The notes: generated from the letters alone by a model not told the origin. Shown: positions 25,311-35,871, counted from the first letter of the stretch. The stretch: 64,000 bases of DNA from an uncultured Tessaracoccus sp. (GCF_943914565.1 NZ_CALUCN010000003.1:97054-161053), one strand, 5' to 3'. Program-made: numbers and translations.

Positions 25311-27311
25311 TCACGCGCCGCCCAAGTCAACGGTCCGGTGGTTGGCCGACTCGTCGTCGAGGCACTGCAGCAGGAACGCCGCGACGTCGGCGCGGCCGAC
25401 GCGGGGCCCGACGCGGGGCCCGACGCGGCCGGACTCGGCCTCGGCGAGCGCGGTCACCTCGCCGGTCCACGCGGCGTTGGTCAGCCCGGCGGGGCGGACG
25501 ATGGTCCAGTCGAGGCCGCTCGCGCGGACCGCGGCCTCCTGCTGCTCGTGGTCCGCGAGCGGGTCGCGCAGCAGCACCCCGACGACCGGGCGCAGCGGCG
25601 GTGGGAGCCGCCGTGCCGAGTCGCCGGTGCCGAGCGACGTCTGCACGACGAGCCGCCGCACGCCCTCCGCGCGCATCGCTTCGATCACTTGGAGCGTCAC
25701 CGTCGTCCGAGCCGTTCGCGAGCTGCGCGCGCCGCCCACGGTGACGATCACCGCGTCCGCGCCCCGCACCGCGCGGCGCGCGACCTCCAAGTCCGACGCG
25801 TCGCCCCGGACCACCGTCGCCCCCTCGGGAGCCGAGCCGCGGCGGGAGACGCACGTCACGTCGTGGCCGAGGTCGACCGCGCGACACGCCAGCTCCTCGC
25901 CCGTCCCCGAGGACGCCCCGACGATGACCACGCGCCGCCCCGATCCCTCGGCCCGGGCGACGTGTGCCCGCCCCGGGCGGTCCTCCCGGCCGCCGCGCGC
26001 CGGCAGCACCCGGCGCGCGGCCCGCACGAGCCTGCGAATCGGTGGCCTCCAGCGGTCCCGGAATCCGATCCACGGCCCGATCACCTCGCGGTACGGAGCC
26101 GTGCCCGCGTCGGGGCCGAACAGCCGGCGCTCGACCTCACCCTCGTCGCGCCCGAACCGCGCCAGCAGCGCGGAGACGATCCGCAGCCCGACGTTGGTCG
26201 CGCTGCGCACCGCGTCGCGTTCGGCGACGTCGTCGCGCAGCTGCATCGCGTAGACCCCGAGCGCGGCGAGGTCGGGCACCCGGCGCGCGTCGTAGTCACT
26301 GAGCGGGTTCGCGGAGCCCGAGGCGAGCACGTCGGCCAGCACCCGGGCGTCCTCGAGACCCGCGTTCACACCCTCGCCCGTCGGTGGGATCACCGAGTGC
26401 GCCGCGTCGCCCAGCAGGGCGAGCCACTCGCCCTCGTGCACGCGCGGGCAGCGCACGACGGCACCGCCGAACGGGGCGCGGGAGAAGAAGGCGCGCAGGT
26501 CGTCGCGTGTGAGCAACGGCACCGTGAGCGGCGCGTGTCGGGCGAGGTGGTCGCGCAGCGCGCTGACGTGGGTGTCGCTCGGGTCGGTGCTGAGCAGCAG
26601 GTCCTCGGCCTCGTCGCCGGCGATGGCCGTGACCGCGACGCACCAGACCCCGTCGGGCAGGGTCGCGGTGTAGATGCCCTTGCTGGTGAAGATGTGGTGC
26701 CACGCCGGGTCGAGGCCCGGCGCCGTCGCGCCCGGACGGGAGAACAGCACGCGGAACTGCACGCCCCAGTCGTCCACCCGCGGCCGGAAGTCCTCGCGCT
26801 GCGCCTCGAGCGAGCGTCGCACGCGCGACCACACGCCGTCGCAGCCCACGACGAGCGACTCCGAGGCGTCCACGACGAGCGGCCCGCTCGCGGTGCGGAA
26901 GTGCAGGGCTCGCGCGTCCACGTCGACGCACTCGAGCTTGTGCCCGAACTCGACGGTGATCGCTGGCTCGGCCGCGGCGCGCTCGGCGAGGATGTTCGTC
27001 AGGCGCGCCCTCGTCGTGCCGATGAGCGTGCCCGACTCGAGCGACGCGACCACCCGTCGCCCGGCGCGGATCCTGAACCCCTCGACGAGTTCTCCGCGCT
27101 CGTGCAGCGCGTCGACGAGCGCCGGGTCGATCCGCCGCAGCGTCTCCTGCCCTCGGGGATTGACGCCAATGGGGTAGCTGTTGTCGTCGTCGAACGTGAG
27201 CGAATCGCCCGTCTCGTGCACCGTCACGACGTGGCCCTGCTGCGCGAGCAGGATCGCGGTCGCGAGCCCGACGGGGCCGGCCCCGACGACGACGGTGTGC
27301 GGTGCGGTCAC
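25311..27311 (-). CDS. FAD-dependent monooxygenase fused to a C-terminal NAD(P)-binding (NmrA/SDR-a like) domain
   Basis: N-terminal GAGPVGLATA dinucleotide fold, DG motif and GDAAH motif of UbiH/kynurenine-monooxygenase-type enzymes. The C-terminal 200 aa start VVIVGASSGTGEE with the NAD(P)-binding Rossmann signature. Confidence 0.8.
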   Translation of the reverse strand: MTAPHTVVVGAGPVGLATAILLAQQGHVVTVHETGDSLTFDDDNSYPIGVNPRGQETLRRIDPALVDALHERGELVEGFRIRAGRRVVASLESGTLIGTTRARLTNILAERAAAEPAITVEFGHKLECVDVDARALHFRTASGPLVVDASESLVVGCDGVWSRVRRSLEAQREDFRPRVDDWGVQFRVLFSRPGATAPGLDPAWHHIFTSKGIYTATLPDGVWCVAVTAIAGDEAEDLLLSTDPSDTHVSALRDHLARHAPLTVPLLTRDDLRAFFSRAPFGGAVVRCPRVHEGEWLALLGDAAHSVIPPTGEGVNAGLEDARVLADVLASGSANPLSDYDARRVPDLAALGVYAMQLRDDVAERDAVRSATNVGLRIVSALLARFGRDEGEVERRLFGPDAGTAPYREVIGPWIGFRDRWRPPIRRLVRAARRVLPARGGREDRPGRAHVARAEGSGRRVVIVGASSGTGEELACRAVDLGHDVTCVSRRGSAPEGATVVRGDASDLEVARRAVRGADAVIVTVGGARSSRTARTTVTLQVIEAMRAEGVRRLVVQTSLGTGDSARRLPPPLRPVVGVLLRDPLADHEQQEAAVRASGLDWTIVRPAGLTNAAWTGEVTALAEAESGRVGPRVGPRVGRADVAAFLLQCLDDESANHRTVDLGGA

Positions 27312-27386
27312 GTGGCGCCTCCCTGGCTCGACTCGGCACCGCCAGCCTACGCGTGGGCAACGGACCCCGCGGCGATGACGACGGGC

Positions 27387-28637
27387 TCAGCCGCTCGTGA
27401 TCATCGTCCAGTCGCCGTACGTGAAGCGGCCCGTGCGCCGCAGGTCGGACCACTCCTCGTCCCCGGCGGACCGTTCGACCGCGCCGGCCAGGGCCCGCAC
27501 CGCTTCGCGGCACGCCTCCTCCGACGTCGGCGCGACGAACAGCGTGGTGTCGCCACGCGCCACGCGGATCTCGTGCGCGTCCATGCGCATCTGCGTGCCC
27601 ACGGGGGCGGACCAGTCGATCACCGCGGTCTGCCGCCACGCGGGCGGCAGCAGCGGCAACGCCGTCACCAGCGGTACCAGCGTCAGCTCCAGCACGTGGG
27701 CGAGCTCCGTCGGATCCTGCGCGAGGAACCCGCCGTGGCACTCGGCGCCGACGGGAGTCCGCGCCATCGGGGTCCAGAAGAACCACAGGTAGGTCTCCGT
27801 GCTGTCCGCGTCACCGCTCCTGCCCTCGAGATGGACCTGCTCGTCGAACCAGGCGAGATCGTCGGCGTCGAGGTGGTCCACGTGGACGTGGAGTCCGTCG
27901 CGCCAGGGCCGCGGGCCGAGCTCGACCGCTCCGTCGGCGAGCAGCCAGCGGAGCGTGAGCGGCGGGCCGTGGACGAAGTCCGGGTTCCCGAGCCGTGACG
28001 TCCAGGCCTGCAGGAACGTGGGCCACTGCTCCCGCGGCAAGGTCTGCGACTCCTGCGGCAGCCACGCCCGCACCTGGTCGCTGGTGGGCGCGAGCGAGAG
28101 ATCTCCCAGCGCGTGGTGCAGCGACGCGGCCAGCGGGCTGGGCAGCAGCTCCAGTGCCTTGAGGCGTGTCACGTCCCTCGCGCACACGAGCGTGTAGAGG
28201 TGGTCGGGCCCGAAGTGGGGCGACGCCGCCAACCGTCGGGCGGCCTGCTGGCGCAGGTCCTCGTCGAAGCCCTCGACGAGGGCGCCAGCCCACACCCACA
28301 GTTCGAGCGTGCGCGGGTCGTGGGGGCCGACGAGGCCCTCCCACCGTCGCAACGCCTCGAGCACCGTGCTTTGCTCGCCCGTGGCGATGTCGGCCGCCGT
28401 CTGCGCGAAGCCGAGCAGCGTGCCGTCGGGGTGGGGGATCCGCTCGGCGAGTTCGACGAGGTAGCGGGCGTTGTCCCGGATGCTCCGGTCCTGGGCTGCG
28501 GTGCCCGGGCTGGGGGCGAGCCTGGTGCAGAGCGCTCGCAGCACGGCGAGCGTCTGTTCGTACCGTGCGGGGAGGTCCTCCGCGGGGACGGCCTCGCGGG
28601 CGTGGTGCGCGTCCGCGGGCTCCATCGGTGTCCACAT
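27387..28637 (-). CDS. hypothetical protein
   Basis: 416 aa ORF with a start at MWTPMEPAD. Codon usage consistent with the host. No recognised motif. The six-frame ORF extends upstream as run-on. Confidence 0.5.
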   Translation of the reverse strand: MWTPMEPADAHHAREAVPAEDLPARYEQTLAVLRALCTRLAPSPGTAAQDRSIRDNARYLVELAERIPHPDGTLLGFAQTAADIATGEQSTVLEALRRWEGLVGPHDPRTLELWVWAGALVEGFDEDLRQQAARRLAASPHFGPDHLYTLVCARDVTRLKALELLPSPLAASLHHALGDLSLAPTSDQVRAWLPQESQTLPREQWPTFLQAWTSRLGNPDFVHGPPLTLRWLLADGAVELGPRPWRDGLHVHVDHLDADDLAWFDEQVHLEGRSGDADSTETYLWFFWTPMARTPVGAECHGGFLAQDPTELAHVLELTLVPLVTALPLLPPAWRQTAVIDWSAPVGTQMRMDAHEIRVARGDTTLFVAPTSEEACREAVRALAGAVERSAGDEEWSDLRRTGRFTYGDWTMITSG

Positions 28638-28847
28638 GTGGTGCTCCTGGTGGTCGGTCCAGACGGGTCGGTCACCCGACGAGATCGGGCCATGGAAACC
28701 GAGCGTAATCGAGCGAAGGCGCATCGCGGAGCCGTCGTCGGCGAAGCAAGAATTTCTGAAGAGTTGTCGGCAATGTGGACGAAATTGGTCGGAGTGACCG
28801 GGTCGGTCGCTATCGTGCAGTCTCATTCGCCCGAAGGAAGGAGAGCC

Positions 28848-30356
28848 GTGACCGATACCACGTATCAGATCATCGCCATGGTGATCTACATGATCGCCAT
28901 GCTGGCCATCGGCTGGTACTCGTACCGAAAGACGCAGAACCTCAACGACTACATGCTGGGTGGTCGAGACCTCCATCCCGCCGTCGCCGCGCTCTCCGCC
29001 GGCGCCGCTGACATGTCGGGGTGGCTGCTGATGGGCCTCCCCGGTGCCGTCTACGCCACCGGGCTGGTCGAGGGGTGGATCGCCGTCGGCCTCACGCTCG
29101 GCGCGTGGTGCAACTGGAAGATCGTCGCCCCGCGGCTGCGCGCCTACACGCAGGTCGCCAACGACTCGATCACCGTGCCGAGCTTCCTCGAGAACCGCCT
29201 GAAGGATCGCTCGCGCATGCTGCGCATCGTCTCCGGGCTCATCATCCTCGCCTTCTTCACGTTCTACGTGAGTTCCGGCATGGTCGCCGGCGGCGTGTTC
29301 ATGCACTCGAGCTTCGGCCTCGACTACCGCCTCGGGATGGTCATCGTCGCCGTGGTCACGATCCTCTACACCCTCTTCGGCGGGTTCCTCGCCGTCAGCT
29401 ACACCGACTTCGTCCAGGGCATGATGATGGCCGCTGCGCTCGTCGCCGTCCCGATCGTGGGCATCATCACCCTCGGCGGGTTCGGGGAGACCGGCCGCCT
29501 CATCGGTGAGGCCGACGCCGTCGCCGGACTCGATCACCTCGCGGTGCTGCCCAGGGAGCTGACCGCCGTCGCGATCGTGGGCATCATCTCCTCGCTCGCC
29601 TGGGGCCTCGGCTACTTCGGCCAGCCGCACATCATCGTGCGCTTCATGGCGCTGCGCTCGACGAAGGAGGCGATCGCCGGTCGCCGCATCGGCGTCGGCT
29701 GGATGCTGCTCGCCGTCGTCGGTGCGCTGTCGACGTCGCTCATCGGCGTGGCCTGGTTCCAGCGCGAGGGGCAGGTGCTCGAGGACCCCGAGACCGTCTA
29801 CATCCGCATGGGTCAGATCCTCTTCCACCCGCTCATCGCGGGCTTCATGCTCGCCGCCGTGCTGGCCGCGATCATGTCGACGGTGTCCAGTCAGCTGATC
29901 GTCACCTCGTCCGCGCTCGTCGAGGACGTCACCAAGGCGCTCTCCCGCAAGGAGCGCCCGGACCACCAGTACGTGTTCCTCGGCCGGGCCGCGGTGCTCG
30001 TCGTGGCGCTCGTCGCCGCGGCGATGGCCTGGACCCAGAACGACACGATCCTCGCCCTCGTCGCCTTCGCCTGGGCCGGCTTCGGCGCGTCGTTCGGCCC
30101 GTCGGTGCTGCTGTCGCTGTTCTGGCGGCGGTTCTCGACCGCCGGTGCGCTGGCCAGCATGGTGACCGGCGCGGTCATCGTCGGGGTCTGGGGCAACGTC
30201 GACGGCGGCATCTTTGATCTCTACGAGCTGCTGCCCGGCTTCCTCGGCGCGCTCTTCGTGGGCTGGGTCGTGAGCCTCGCCACCCACAAGCCCCACCCCG
30301 AGGTGGAGCGGGAGTTCGACGAGGCCCTGGAAGTGGTCCAGAAGATCAAGGAGTGA
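28848..30356 (+). CDS. putP: sodium/proline symporter (SSS family)
   Basis: 13-TM SSS family signature regions (GGRDLHPAVAALSAGAADMSGWLLMGLPG, C-terminal GNVDGGIF region). GTG start preceded by GAAGGAAGGAGAG. Confidence 0.85.
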   Translation: MTDTTYQIIAMVIYMIAMLAIGWYSYRKTQNLNDYMLGGRDLHPAVAALSAGAADMSGWLLMGLPGAVYATGLVEGWIAVGLTLGAWCNWKIVAPRLRAYTQVANDSITVPSFLENRLKDRSRMLRIVSGLIILAFFTFYVSSGMVAGGVFMHSSFGLDYRLGMVIVAVVTILYTLFGGFLAVSYTDFVQGMMMAAALVAVPIVGIITLGGFGETGRLIGEADAVAGLDHLAVLPRELTAVAIVGIISSLAWGLGYFGQPHIIVRFMALRSTKEAIAGRRIGVGWMLLAVVGALSTSLIGVAWFQREGQVLEDPETVYIRMGQILFHPLIAGFMLAAVLAAIMSTVSSQLIVTSSALVEDVTKALSRKERPDHQYVFLGRAAVLVVALVAAAMAWTQNDTILALVAFAWAGFGASFGPSVLLSLFWRRFSTAGALASMVTGAVIVGVWGNVDGGIFDLYELLPGFLGALFVGWVVSLATHKPHPEVEREFDEALEVVQKIKE

Positions 30357-30417
30357 CCGACGACGCCCTGGCCCCGGCGCGGTTTGCCGGGGCCGGGGCG
30401 GTGGTCGTCGGTGTGGG

Positions 30418-31548
30418 TCAGCCGCGGCTGAACGTCACCGGCACCTCGACGACGCCGAGGTCGTCGACCTTCGACCGGCTGGAGACGTCCATGATGAGGT
30501 GGAGCTTGAGCTTCGCCTCCTTGGTGTCCGCGGGGAAGGGGAACCACAGGCGGTGCTGGAAGCGTTCCCCGAAGCCGGACACGTGCGTCAGCGGAGGAAC
30601 TTCGGTCTCGTCGGGGAGCACGAGCCTGACCTCCGTCTTGTCGTGGTCGAGGGAGTCGTTGGGTGCGGTCTTGATGTCGATGCCGAGGTAGAGCTGCTCG
30701 CCGTCGAGCCAGTTGGACCCGTCCGTGGTGGGCACGACGACGGCGGTGGTCACCTTGCCCTCCAGCTTCGCGTTGTCGTCGATGGCGCCCTTGAAGGGCT
30801 TGTTCCACGAGTTCGGCTCGCCGATCGTGGCCGTCGTCGGTGACGTGTACAGGTACTCGAGGTCGGACGCCGTGCGTTCGCCGGTGCAGAGGTCGAGCTG
30901 CTGCGCGACGCCCTGCTGGCTCGCGACGAACACGAAGCGCCCGTTGCCGTCCTCGGCGCGGGGCGTCCCGACGAACGTGAACGTGTCGCCCACGGCCTGC
31001 TCCTCGGGGAACGAGAAGCCGGGCAGCACGTCGGTGCCGCCGGCCCTGATCTCGATCTCTGGCAGGCCGATCGGGTCCTTCTTCGGCTCGGGCGTGGGGT
31101 AGACGGACTGCTCGACGATCAGCTCGGCCGCGCAGAACTGGAAGCCGTCGCCGGCCGAGACCTCGTCGGCCCAGGCCTCGTCGGTGTCGACGAGCTTCGT
31201 GGCGACCGTGCTGCTCACGGCATCCGGAGCGCCCGCCTTGGTGACGCGGTAGCGGACACCCATGAAGTCGAGCACGGACTTCTCCTTGTCAGCGACGGCC
31301 TCGAGGTTGAGCTCGTCGAGCGCCCCGACGAAGGTCTCCGCGCTGGTCTCGCCGATCTCGGCGCGCGGGCCGGCCGTCTCCGTCGCCTCCTCCTCGACGA
31401 CGTCCTGCGCCTGGGCAGCACCCGCATCCGACGCGGTGTCCGGTTCGGGCGAGGGGTCGTCGCCTCCGCCACAACCGGCGACGCCGAGGAGGAGGGCCGA
31501 GAGGCCGAGTGCGGTGAGGGAACGACGGGGATGGGGGATGAGCGACAT
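30418..31548 (-). CDS. hypothetical secreted lipoprotein
   Basis: Signal peptide with lipobox LLGVAGC, then an acidic low-complexity linker and a domain of unknown function. Confidence 0.6.
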   Translation of the reverse strand: MSLIPHPRRSLTALGLSALLLGVAGCGGGDDPSPEPDTASDAGAAQAQDVVEEEATETAGPRAEIGETSAETFVGALDELNLEAVADKEKSVLDFMGVRYRVTKAGAPDAVSSTVATKLVDTDEAWADEVSAGDGFQFCAAELIVEQSVYPTPEPKKDPIGLPEIEIRAGGTDVLPGFSFPEEQAVGDTFTFVGTPRAEDGNGRFVFVASQQGVAQQLDLCTGERTASDLEYLYTSPTTATIGEPNSWNKPFKGAIDDNAKLEGKVTTAVVVPTTDGSNWLDGEQLYLGIDIKTAPNDSLDHDKTEVRLVLPDETEVPPLTHVSGFGERFQHRLWFPFPADTKEAKLKLHLIMDVSSRSKVDDLGVVEVPVTFSRG

Positions 31549-31735
31549 GGCGACGTCCTTGCGATCGTGTCGAATGTGATGGACGGGACTTCCATCGAGC
31601 CCCGTCTTGAGTTAGGATACCGCCCCCTTGGTTCACATTCCGTTCCTTTGCGCGGCTCGGGAGGGGCTCACAAGGCCGGTTGTCCGTCGTGACCCGGTTG
31701 TTAGCGTGGGAGGCAGCCCCACGAAGGAGGACCAC

Positions 31736-32260
31736 ATGTCCGCACTGACCGAGAAATCCATCGCCGTCATCGCCACCAACGGGTTCGAGGACTCCGAACT
31801 CACCGCACCTCTCGAGGCCGTGAAGGAGGCGGGCGCCGACGTCACCGTCCTCTCCACGAAGACCGGGGAGATCGTCGGCAAGCACGACACGACGGTCACC
31901 GTCGACGCCACGACGGCCGACCACGTCGACACCACGTTCGACGCCATCATTCTCCCCGGCGGCACCGGCAATGCCGACACGATCCGCATGGATGCCGACG
32001 CCGTCGCGATCGTGCGCTCGCACGTCGAGGCTGGGCGACCGCTGGGCGCCATCTGCCACGCCGGGTGGCTCCTCGTCGAGGCCGACGTGGTGCGCGGCCG
32101 CACCGTCACGTCGTACCCGTCGCTGCAGACCGACCTGCGCAACGCCGGCGCCACCTGGGTCGACCAGGAGGTCGTCGAGGACGGCGGGATCGTCACCTCC
32201 CGCACGCCCGACGACCTCCCGGCCTTCAACGCCAAGCTCCTCGAGGTGTTCGCGCAGTAG
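31736..32260 (+). CDS. DJ-1/PfpI family protein (class I glutamine amidotransferase-like)
   Basis: Nucleophile elbow AICHAGW, overall PfpI/YhbO-type sequence. SD GAAGGAGGA. Confidence 0.85.
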   Translation: MSALTEKSIAVIATNGFEDSELTAPLEAVKEAGADVTVLSTKTGEIVGKHDTTVTVDATTADHVDTTFDAIILPGGTGNADTIRMDADAVAIVRSHVEAGRPLGAICHAGWLLVEADVVRGRTVTSYPSLQTDLRNAGATWVDQEVVEDGGIVTSRTPDDLPAFNAKLLEVFAQ

Positions 32261-32455
32261 CGCCCGCACGACGACCGACAGGCAGGGCCCCTGGTGGTAC
32301 GCCACCGGGGCCCTTGCATGTTTGCGGACGGCGAACACCCCTGGCCACGTCGTCGCCGCGCACTATCGTTGAAGCCGCAACGACCGCCGCGCGCAGCGGA
32401 GGGACCGCTTGCCCGTCGGTGGTGCATCGACCAGTGACCCGTGAGGAGGGTTCTG

Positions 32456-33100
32456 ATGACCAGCAAGACCCAGCCCGAACCGATCAGGGATCCGCAGACC
32501 GACCACCTGCTGACGCCGGAGAACGCCGTCGTCGCGCTCATCGACTACCAGCCCGAGCAGTACGCCACCGTCGGCTCGGCCACCAAGGACGGGATCAACC
32601 TGGGTGTCGTGACGCTCGCCCGCTTCGCCGCCACGTTCGAGCTCCCGACCGTGGTGTCCACCGTCGCCGTCGACATGGGCGTGAACGAGCCCACGGCGCG
32701 CGCAATCATGGACGTGCTGCCCGACGACCAGCAGGAGATCGACCGCACGGGCGTCAATGCGTGGGAGGATGAGGACTTCCGCGCCGCAATCGAGGCCAGC
32801 GGACGCAAGAAGGTGATCATCGCCGGCCTGTGGACCGAGGTGTGCCTCGCGTACCCGACGCTCGACATGTTGCGGGAGGGCTACGAGGTCTACCCGGTCA
32901 TCGACGCGGTCGGCGGCGTCACGCCCGTCTCGCACCGCACCGCGATCGAACGCATGGTGCAGGCCGGCGCCCAGCAGGTGACGTCCCTCGCGGTCGGCGC
33001 GGAGCTCATGCGCAACTGGGCCCGCCCGAGTGGTGACCTGTTCCGGCCCGTGATGCAGGACTACTTCCGCGGCCGCGACGCGCTCGGCCTCGGCAACTGA
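32456..33100 (+). CDS. isochorismatase-family cysteine hydrolase
   Basis: Conserved D...K...C triad context (VALIDYQ, KKVIIAGLWTEVC). Antisense ORF 32363..33361 rejected. Confidence 0.8.
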   Translation: MTSKTQPEPIRDPQTDHLLTPENAVVALIDYQPEQYATVGSATKDGINLGVVTLARFAATFELPTVVSTVAVDMGVNEPTARAIMDVLPDDQQEIDRTGVNAWEDEDFRAAIEASGRKKVIIAGLWTEVCLAYPTLDMLREGYEVYPVIDAVGGVTPVSHRTAIERMVQAGAQQVTSLAVGAELMRNWARPSGDLFRPVMQDYFRGRDALGLGN

Positions 33101-33118
33101 ATCGGCGGAGGAGCCCGC

Positions 33119-33742
33119 GTGCCCACGTCGCGTCTCGAGGCGTTCAGCGACGGCGTGCTCGCCATCATCATCACGATCATGGTGCTGGCGCTGCCGGTGC
33201 CCGAGGGCGAGACCTTCGGTGACCTCTGGCGGACGACGGGCCCCGGGCTCCTCACCTACGTGCTCAGCTTCGTCTACGTCGGCATCTACTGGAACAACCA
33301 CCACCACCTGCTCCACGCCGTCGAGCAGGTGACGGGCTCGGCCCTCTGGGCGAACCTGCACTTGCTGTTCTGGCTGAGCCTCCTGCCGCTGGCGACGGCG
33401 TGGATGGACTCCACCGCGTTGGCCCGTGCCCCGGTGCTCGCGTACGGGGTCGTGCTGCTCGCCTGCGCCGGGGCGTTCTTCGTGCTCCAGTCGAGGCTGC
33501 TGCGCGCGGAGGGGCCGGACTCGGCGTTCGCCCGCACGCTCGAGGCCGACGCCGCCGGCACCACCCGCAAGGACCGGATCTCGCTCGCCGGCTACCTCGT
33601 CGGCATCGTCGCGGTGCTGCTGGACGCTCGCGCGGTCCCGAGCCCCGTCGGGGTGACGATCGCGCTCGTCGCCTACGTCGCCGTGGCGCTCGTGTGGCTC
33701 GTGCCGGACCGCCGCTTCGAGTCCGTCGTGCGGCGCCGCTGA
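33119..33742 (+). CDS. TMEM175/DUF1211 family putative potassium channel
   Basis: RxxxFSD motif (RLEAFSDGVLAIIITIMVL) at TM1 and six TM segments. Confidence 0.75.
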   Translation: MPTSRLEAFSDGVLAIIITIMVLALPVPEGETFGDLWRTTGPGLLTYVLSFVYVGIYWNNHHHLLHAVEQVTGSALWANLHLLFWLSLLPLATAWMDSTALARAPVLAYGVVLLACAGAFFVLQSRLLRAEGPDSAFARTLEADAAGTTRKDRISLAGYLVGIVAVLLDARAVPSPVGVTIALVAYVAVALVWLVPDRRFESVVRRR

Positions 33743-33754
33743 CGGCCTGCCCGG

Positions 33755-35104
33755 TCAGAGACCCAGCACGGCCTTGGCGATGAGGAAGTAGATCACGAGG
33801 CCGGTGGCGTCGACGAGGGTGGTGATGAACGGGTTCGCGAACACCGCCGGGTCGATGCCGAAGCGCCTGGCGAGCAGTGGCATGCCGCCGCCGACCGTCG
33901 CGGCGAGCGTGCAGATGCTCAGCAGCGTGAGCCCGATCACGGCCCCGATCGCGAACCCGTAGAAGATCGACGCGATCCCACACCCGAGCAGCCCGAGCAG
34001 CAGCCCCAGCGACGCACCCACCCGGACCTCGCGCAGCAGCACCTTGCCGACGTCGCCGGGGTGGACGTCGCCGAGCGCGAGGGCGCGGGTCACCGTCGTG
34101 GCGGCCTGGTTGCCGGTGTTGCCGCCGGTGCCGATGAGCAGCGGCACGAAGACGGAGAGCACCACCAGCTGCGCGATCGTGTCCTCGAACGACTCCAGGA
34201 CCTGCACCGTGAGCGTCGCGCCGATCGCGAGCACGAGCAGCCACACCACGCGAGAGCGCACCAGCTCCGCCACCGGCGTCGCGAGGTACGCGCGACGCAG
34301 CGGCTCCGAACCGGACATGCGGGCGTGGTCCTCCGACTCCGCCTCCTCGAGGATCGCGAGCGCGTCGTCGACGGTGAGCAGGCCCACGAGCCGCGCCTCC
34401 TTGTCGACGATGGGCAGCGCCAGGCGTTGCCGGTCGGCACAGCGGCGGGCGGCCACCTCCGCGAGCTCGGTCGCCTCTGCGGTGTCCGCATCCTGCAGGA
34501 GGTCCCCGACGAGGGTGTCGGTCTCGGCGCGCAGCAGCTGCCGGAGGCTCACGACCCCGACGAGCCGCCGTCGCTCGCCGATGACGGGCAGGGTGTAGAT
34601 GGACTCGGCGTCGTCGAGCCGCCGACGGACGGCGGCGAGCGCCTCGTCGACACGAAGCTCGGGGTGCAGCGCGACGAACTCGGGGCTCATGCGTCGGACG
34701 ATCGAGTCCTCGGGGTAGCCCAGCACGATGCCGGTGAGCTGCCGCTCGTCGGGGGCGAGCCCCTCGAGCAGGCGGGTGGCGACCGAGGCGGGCAGCTCGT
34801 CGAGCAGCCCGGCGCGGTCGTCGGGCTCCATCGCGGCGAAGACCGACGTGACGTCCTCGCCGCGCAGCCCGGAGATGAGGTCGGCCTGGAGCGCCGGGTC
34901 GAGGCGGTCGAAGACCTGGACCGCGGTGTCCTTCGGCAACGTGCGGTAGACGACAGCACGCTGCGCGAGGTTGAGGCGGTCCATGAGGGCCGTGACGTCG
35001 TCGGGGGACTGGCTGGCGAGCAACGAGGAGGCCGCCTGGACGTCGTCCACCTGCAACGCCCGTCGGACGTCGTTCTCGAGCTCCTGCGAGGCGCGAGTGG
35101 TCAT
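33755..35104 (-). CDS. mgtE: magnesium transporter MgtE
   Basis: N-domain, tandem CBS and C-terminal 5-TM domain with the conserved GNxGNQ pore motif (GTGGNTGNQAAT). Confidence 0.9.
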   Translation of the reverse strand: MTTRASQELENDVRRALQVDDVQAASSLLASQSPDDVTALMDRLNLAQRAVVYRTLPKDTAVQVFDRLDPALQADLISGLRGEDVTSVFAAMEPDDRAGLLDELPASVATRLLEGLAPDERQLTGIVLGYPEDSIVRRMSPEFVALHPELRVDEALAAVRRRLDDAESIYTLPVIGERRRLVGVVSLRQLLRAETDTLVGDLLQDADTAEATELAEVAARRCADRQRLALPIVDKEARLVGLLTVDDALAILEEAESEDHARMSGSEPLRRAYLATPVAELVRSRVVWLLVLAIGATLTVQVLESFEDTIAQLVVLSVFVPLLIGTGGNTGNQAATTVTRALALGDVHPGDVGKVLLREVRVGASLGLLLGLLGCGIASIFYGFAIGAVIGLTLLSICTLAATVGGGMPLLARRFGIDPAVFANPFITTLVDATGLVIYFLIAKAVLGL

Positions 35105-35208
35105 GGCTCACCTCCGCGGTCCGGTCGAACGGTTGGCGGCTGCCTCCGAGGGCGCCACCTGTGGAGTCTACGAGGCCCTTCGTCGCGGCGCGAACCGCTG
35201 GACGAGGC

Positions 35209-35871
35209 TCAGCTCCGGATCGGCCACTCGGTGTTGGCGCGGACCTCCCGGGCGGCGTCGGCGCGACCCTGGCGTTCGAGCCAGCCGGCGTAGGACTCCT
35301 TCTGTGCCTTGTGGGAGCGGGCCTGGGCGGCGTTGGCGCGCTCGGGGCTCGGGAGGTTCGGCGCGAGGTGGGCCGCCAGCTGCGCTGCCGCGATCGCGTC
35401 GGCGCGGGCCCCGTGGGCGGCGTCGGCCGAGAGGGGGACGCCGTAGTGCCGGGCCACGTCGAGGAGCTGCCGCTTGCCGCGGCGGAAGCGGTCGATCTCC
35501 TTGTCGACGACGTACGGGTCGACGATGACGCCGCGGACCTCGAAGCGGCCGAGCCCGTGGCGCTGGCACTCGCGGTCGAGCACCGTGCAGTCATAGCTGG
35601 CGTTGAACACGCACAACGCGCCTCGTTCCGCCCAGAGAGCCTGGATCGCGTCGCGGATCTCGGCGATGCCGGCCGCGTGCGGGACGCCGTGCCGGGTGGC
35701 GTGCTCCGTGGTGATGCCGTGCACCGACGTCGCGGCGGCGGGGATGGGCGCGGTGGGTTGCAGGAGCCACTCCCGCTCGCCGACGCAGGCCGAGACGATC
35801 TCGGCGGTGCGGGGGTCAGGGCCGCTGGTCTCGGTGTCGAAACCGACGAACCGGATCTCGTTCCACAGCAC
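35209..35871 (-). CDS. DEDDh 3'-5' exonuclease (DnaQ-like)
   Basis: Exo I FDTETSG, Exo II FNASYD, Exo III HGARAD motifs. Confidence 0.8.
   Translation of the reverse strand: MLWNEIRFVGFDTETSGPDPRTAEIVSACVGEREWLLQPTAPIPAAATSVHGITTEHATRHGVPHAAGIAEIRDAIQALWAERGALCVFNASYDCTVLDRECQRHGLGRFEVRGVIVDPYVVDKEIDRFRRGKRQLLDVARHYGVPLSADAAHGARADAIAAAQLAAHLAPNLPSPERANAAQARSHKAQKESYAGWLERQGRADAAREVRANTEWPIRS

Noticed and set aside
28628-28640. CCACATGTGG palindrome at the start of the 27387..28637 gene.
   Set aside because: Short (10 bp) and it overlaps the start codon. Likely coincidental.
32363-33361. 332-aa minus-strand ORF overlapping the isochorismatase gene.
   Set aside because: Antisense shadow ORF. 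The plus-strand gene has a clear SD and family motifs.
35105-35208. Possible Mg2+ riboswitch (M-box) upstream of mgtE.
   Set aside because: Only about 100 bp is available and it overlaps the 3' end of the exonuclease gene. No recognisable M-box conserved segments.
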